A stretch of DNA of 63,802 nucleotides, the filler included, from Choristocarpus tenellus KU-1152 (taxonomy: Eukaryota > Protista > Phaeophyceae): the NCBI GenBank assembly GCA_964200185.2. It is 11 parts of 11 records of this genome, joined end to end, with 100 filler letters (N's around TTAATTAATTAA, not from the genome) between each part and the next. Parts side by side here need not be neighbours in the genome. Positions count along the whole stretch, not along the records: positions 60,820 to 63,802 come from CAXNAD020023166.1; 10 more parts are not named here. One strand, written 5' to 3'. Below, piece by piece: positions 63,348 to 63,802 of this stretch. The notes under the pieces are model-generated. The model had not been told where the DNA came from and made no database searches. It saw only the letters and a list, made by a program, of their open reading frames with translations. The translations under genes and the position numbers were made by a program. Numbering within the stretch: the first letter of the stretch is position 1; each line of letters begins with the position of its first letter.

Positions 63348-63802
63348 CTGTAGAAGCAATTGGAAGATCAAAAGAATTTTATGGATCATGCAGTTCTGTG
63401 GCAGTTCTTGACCACCAAAGGTCGAGTGCAGGAGATATGTTCTCCTATACGAGCGACGGAGTAGGTTACCTTTCTTTTTGCAGCAAGTACAACAAACATG
63501 CGCCTAGACACATTTTGATTTCTCCACCACTTCAACGCGGTTGCAATTATTCTACTCGCCTCATCAAAGGGTCTTCTCTTACGACCACCAGGCCAATGCT
63601 CTTTCTCCCATCCCTTTTGTTCGTCTCGGTTGCACCCTCCTAAACTCAGCGCCTACAGAAAGAAGACCAGATATAGACACCTTCTGGGATGGGAGGGCAG
63701 CAAAACGCAACAGGCACCTCTGGAGATAAGGGGCGCTATGAATCCATACACACTGAGAACCCCCTCACATCTTCCATGAAGGAGGGGCCTGGGCAGTAGG
63801 CG

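Noticed and set aside
1-63802. Fanzor/TnpB, Cas, tRNA or rRNA genes
   Set aside because: I saw no RuvC plus zinc-finger motif set, cloverleaf or rRNA signature by eye. Small ncRNAs cannot be excluded without a covariance-model search.

Overview
This is not a prokaryotic locus. It is eukaryotic, intron-rich, TE-rich genomic DNA, most plausibly a brown alga or related stramenopile (inferred from a brown-algal-type vanadium haloperoxidase, a bipartite plastid-targeting presequence and TTAGGG motifs). The window is 11 contigs joined by artificial 100-nt N44-TTAATTAATTAA-N44 linkers, so adjacency across linkers means nothing. By manual splicing I reconstruct: the 3' part of a carnosine N-methyltransferase (CARNMT1-like); a complete plastid-targeted peptidase-M41-like protein whose HExxH motif reads AEAGA; the 5' part of an unknown all-helical protein resembling the N-terminal domain of TRF-like proteins; an internal 12-kb piece of a giant Calx-beta-like plus GCC2/GCC3 Cys-repeat surface protein with two GC donors; the 5' part of a CANT1-type apyrase; the 3' part of a kelch protein; the 5' part of a COG2907 FAD oxidoreductase; and the 3' part of a vanadium haloperoxidase with the iodoperoxidase-type Ser->Ala change and a frameshift. 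The rest is decayed TEs: Ty3/Gypsy, DD39D-like mariner, MULE, Sola2-like, an intron-containing Sola1/DUF7869-like transposase, a probable Polinton polB relic, and two MITE families sharing a GRG..AAAGTATCT terminus. Short interstitial TTAGGG runs are common, and one has overwritten a MITE TIR. No CRISPR, rRNA or tRNA gene was recognised. All family calls come from motifs recognised by eye; no searches were run. I did not find an unambiguous new multi-gene system; the best leads are listed as findings.
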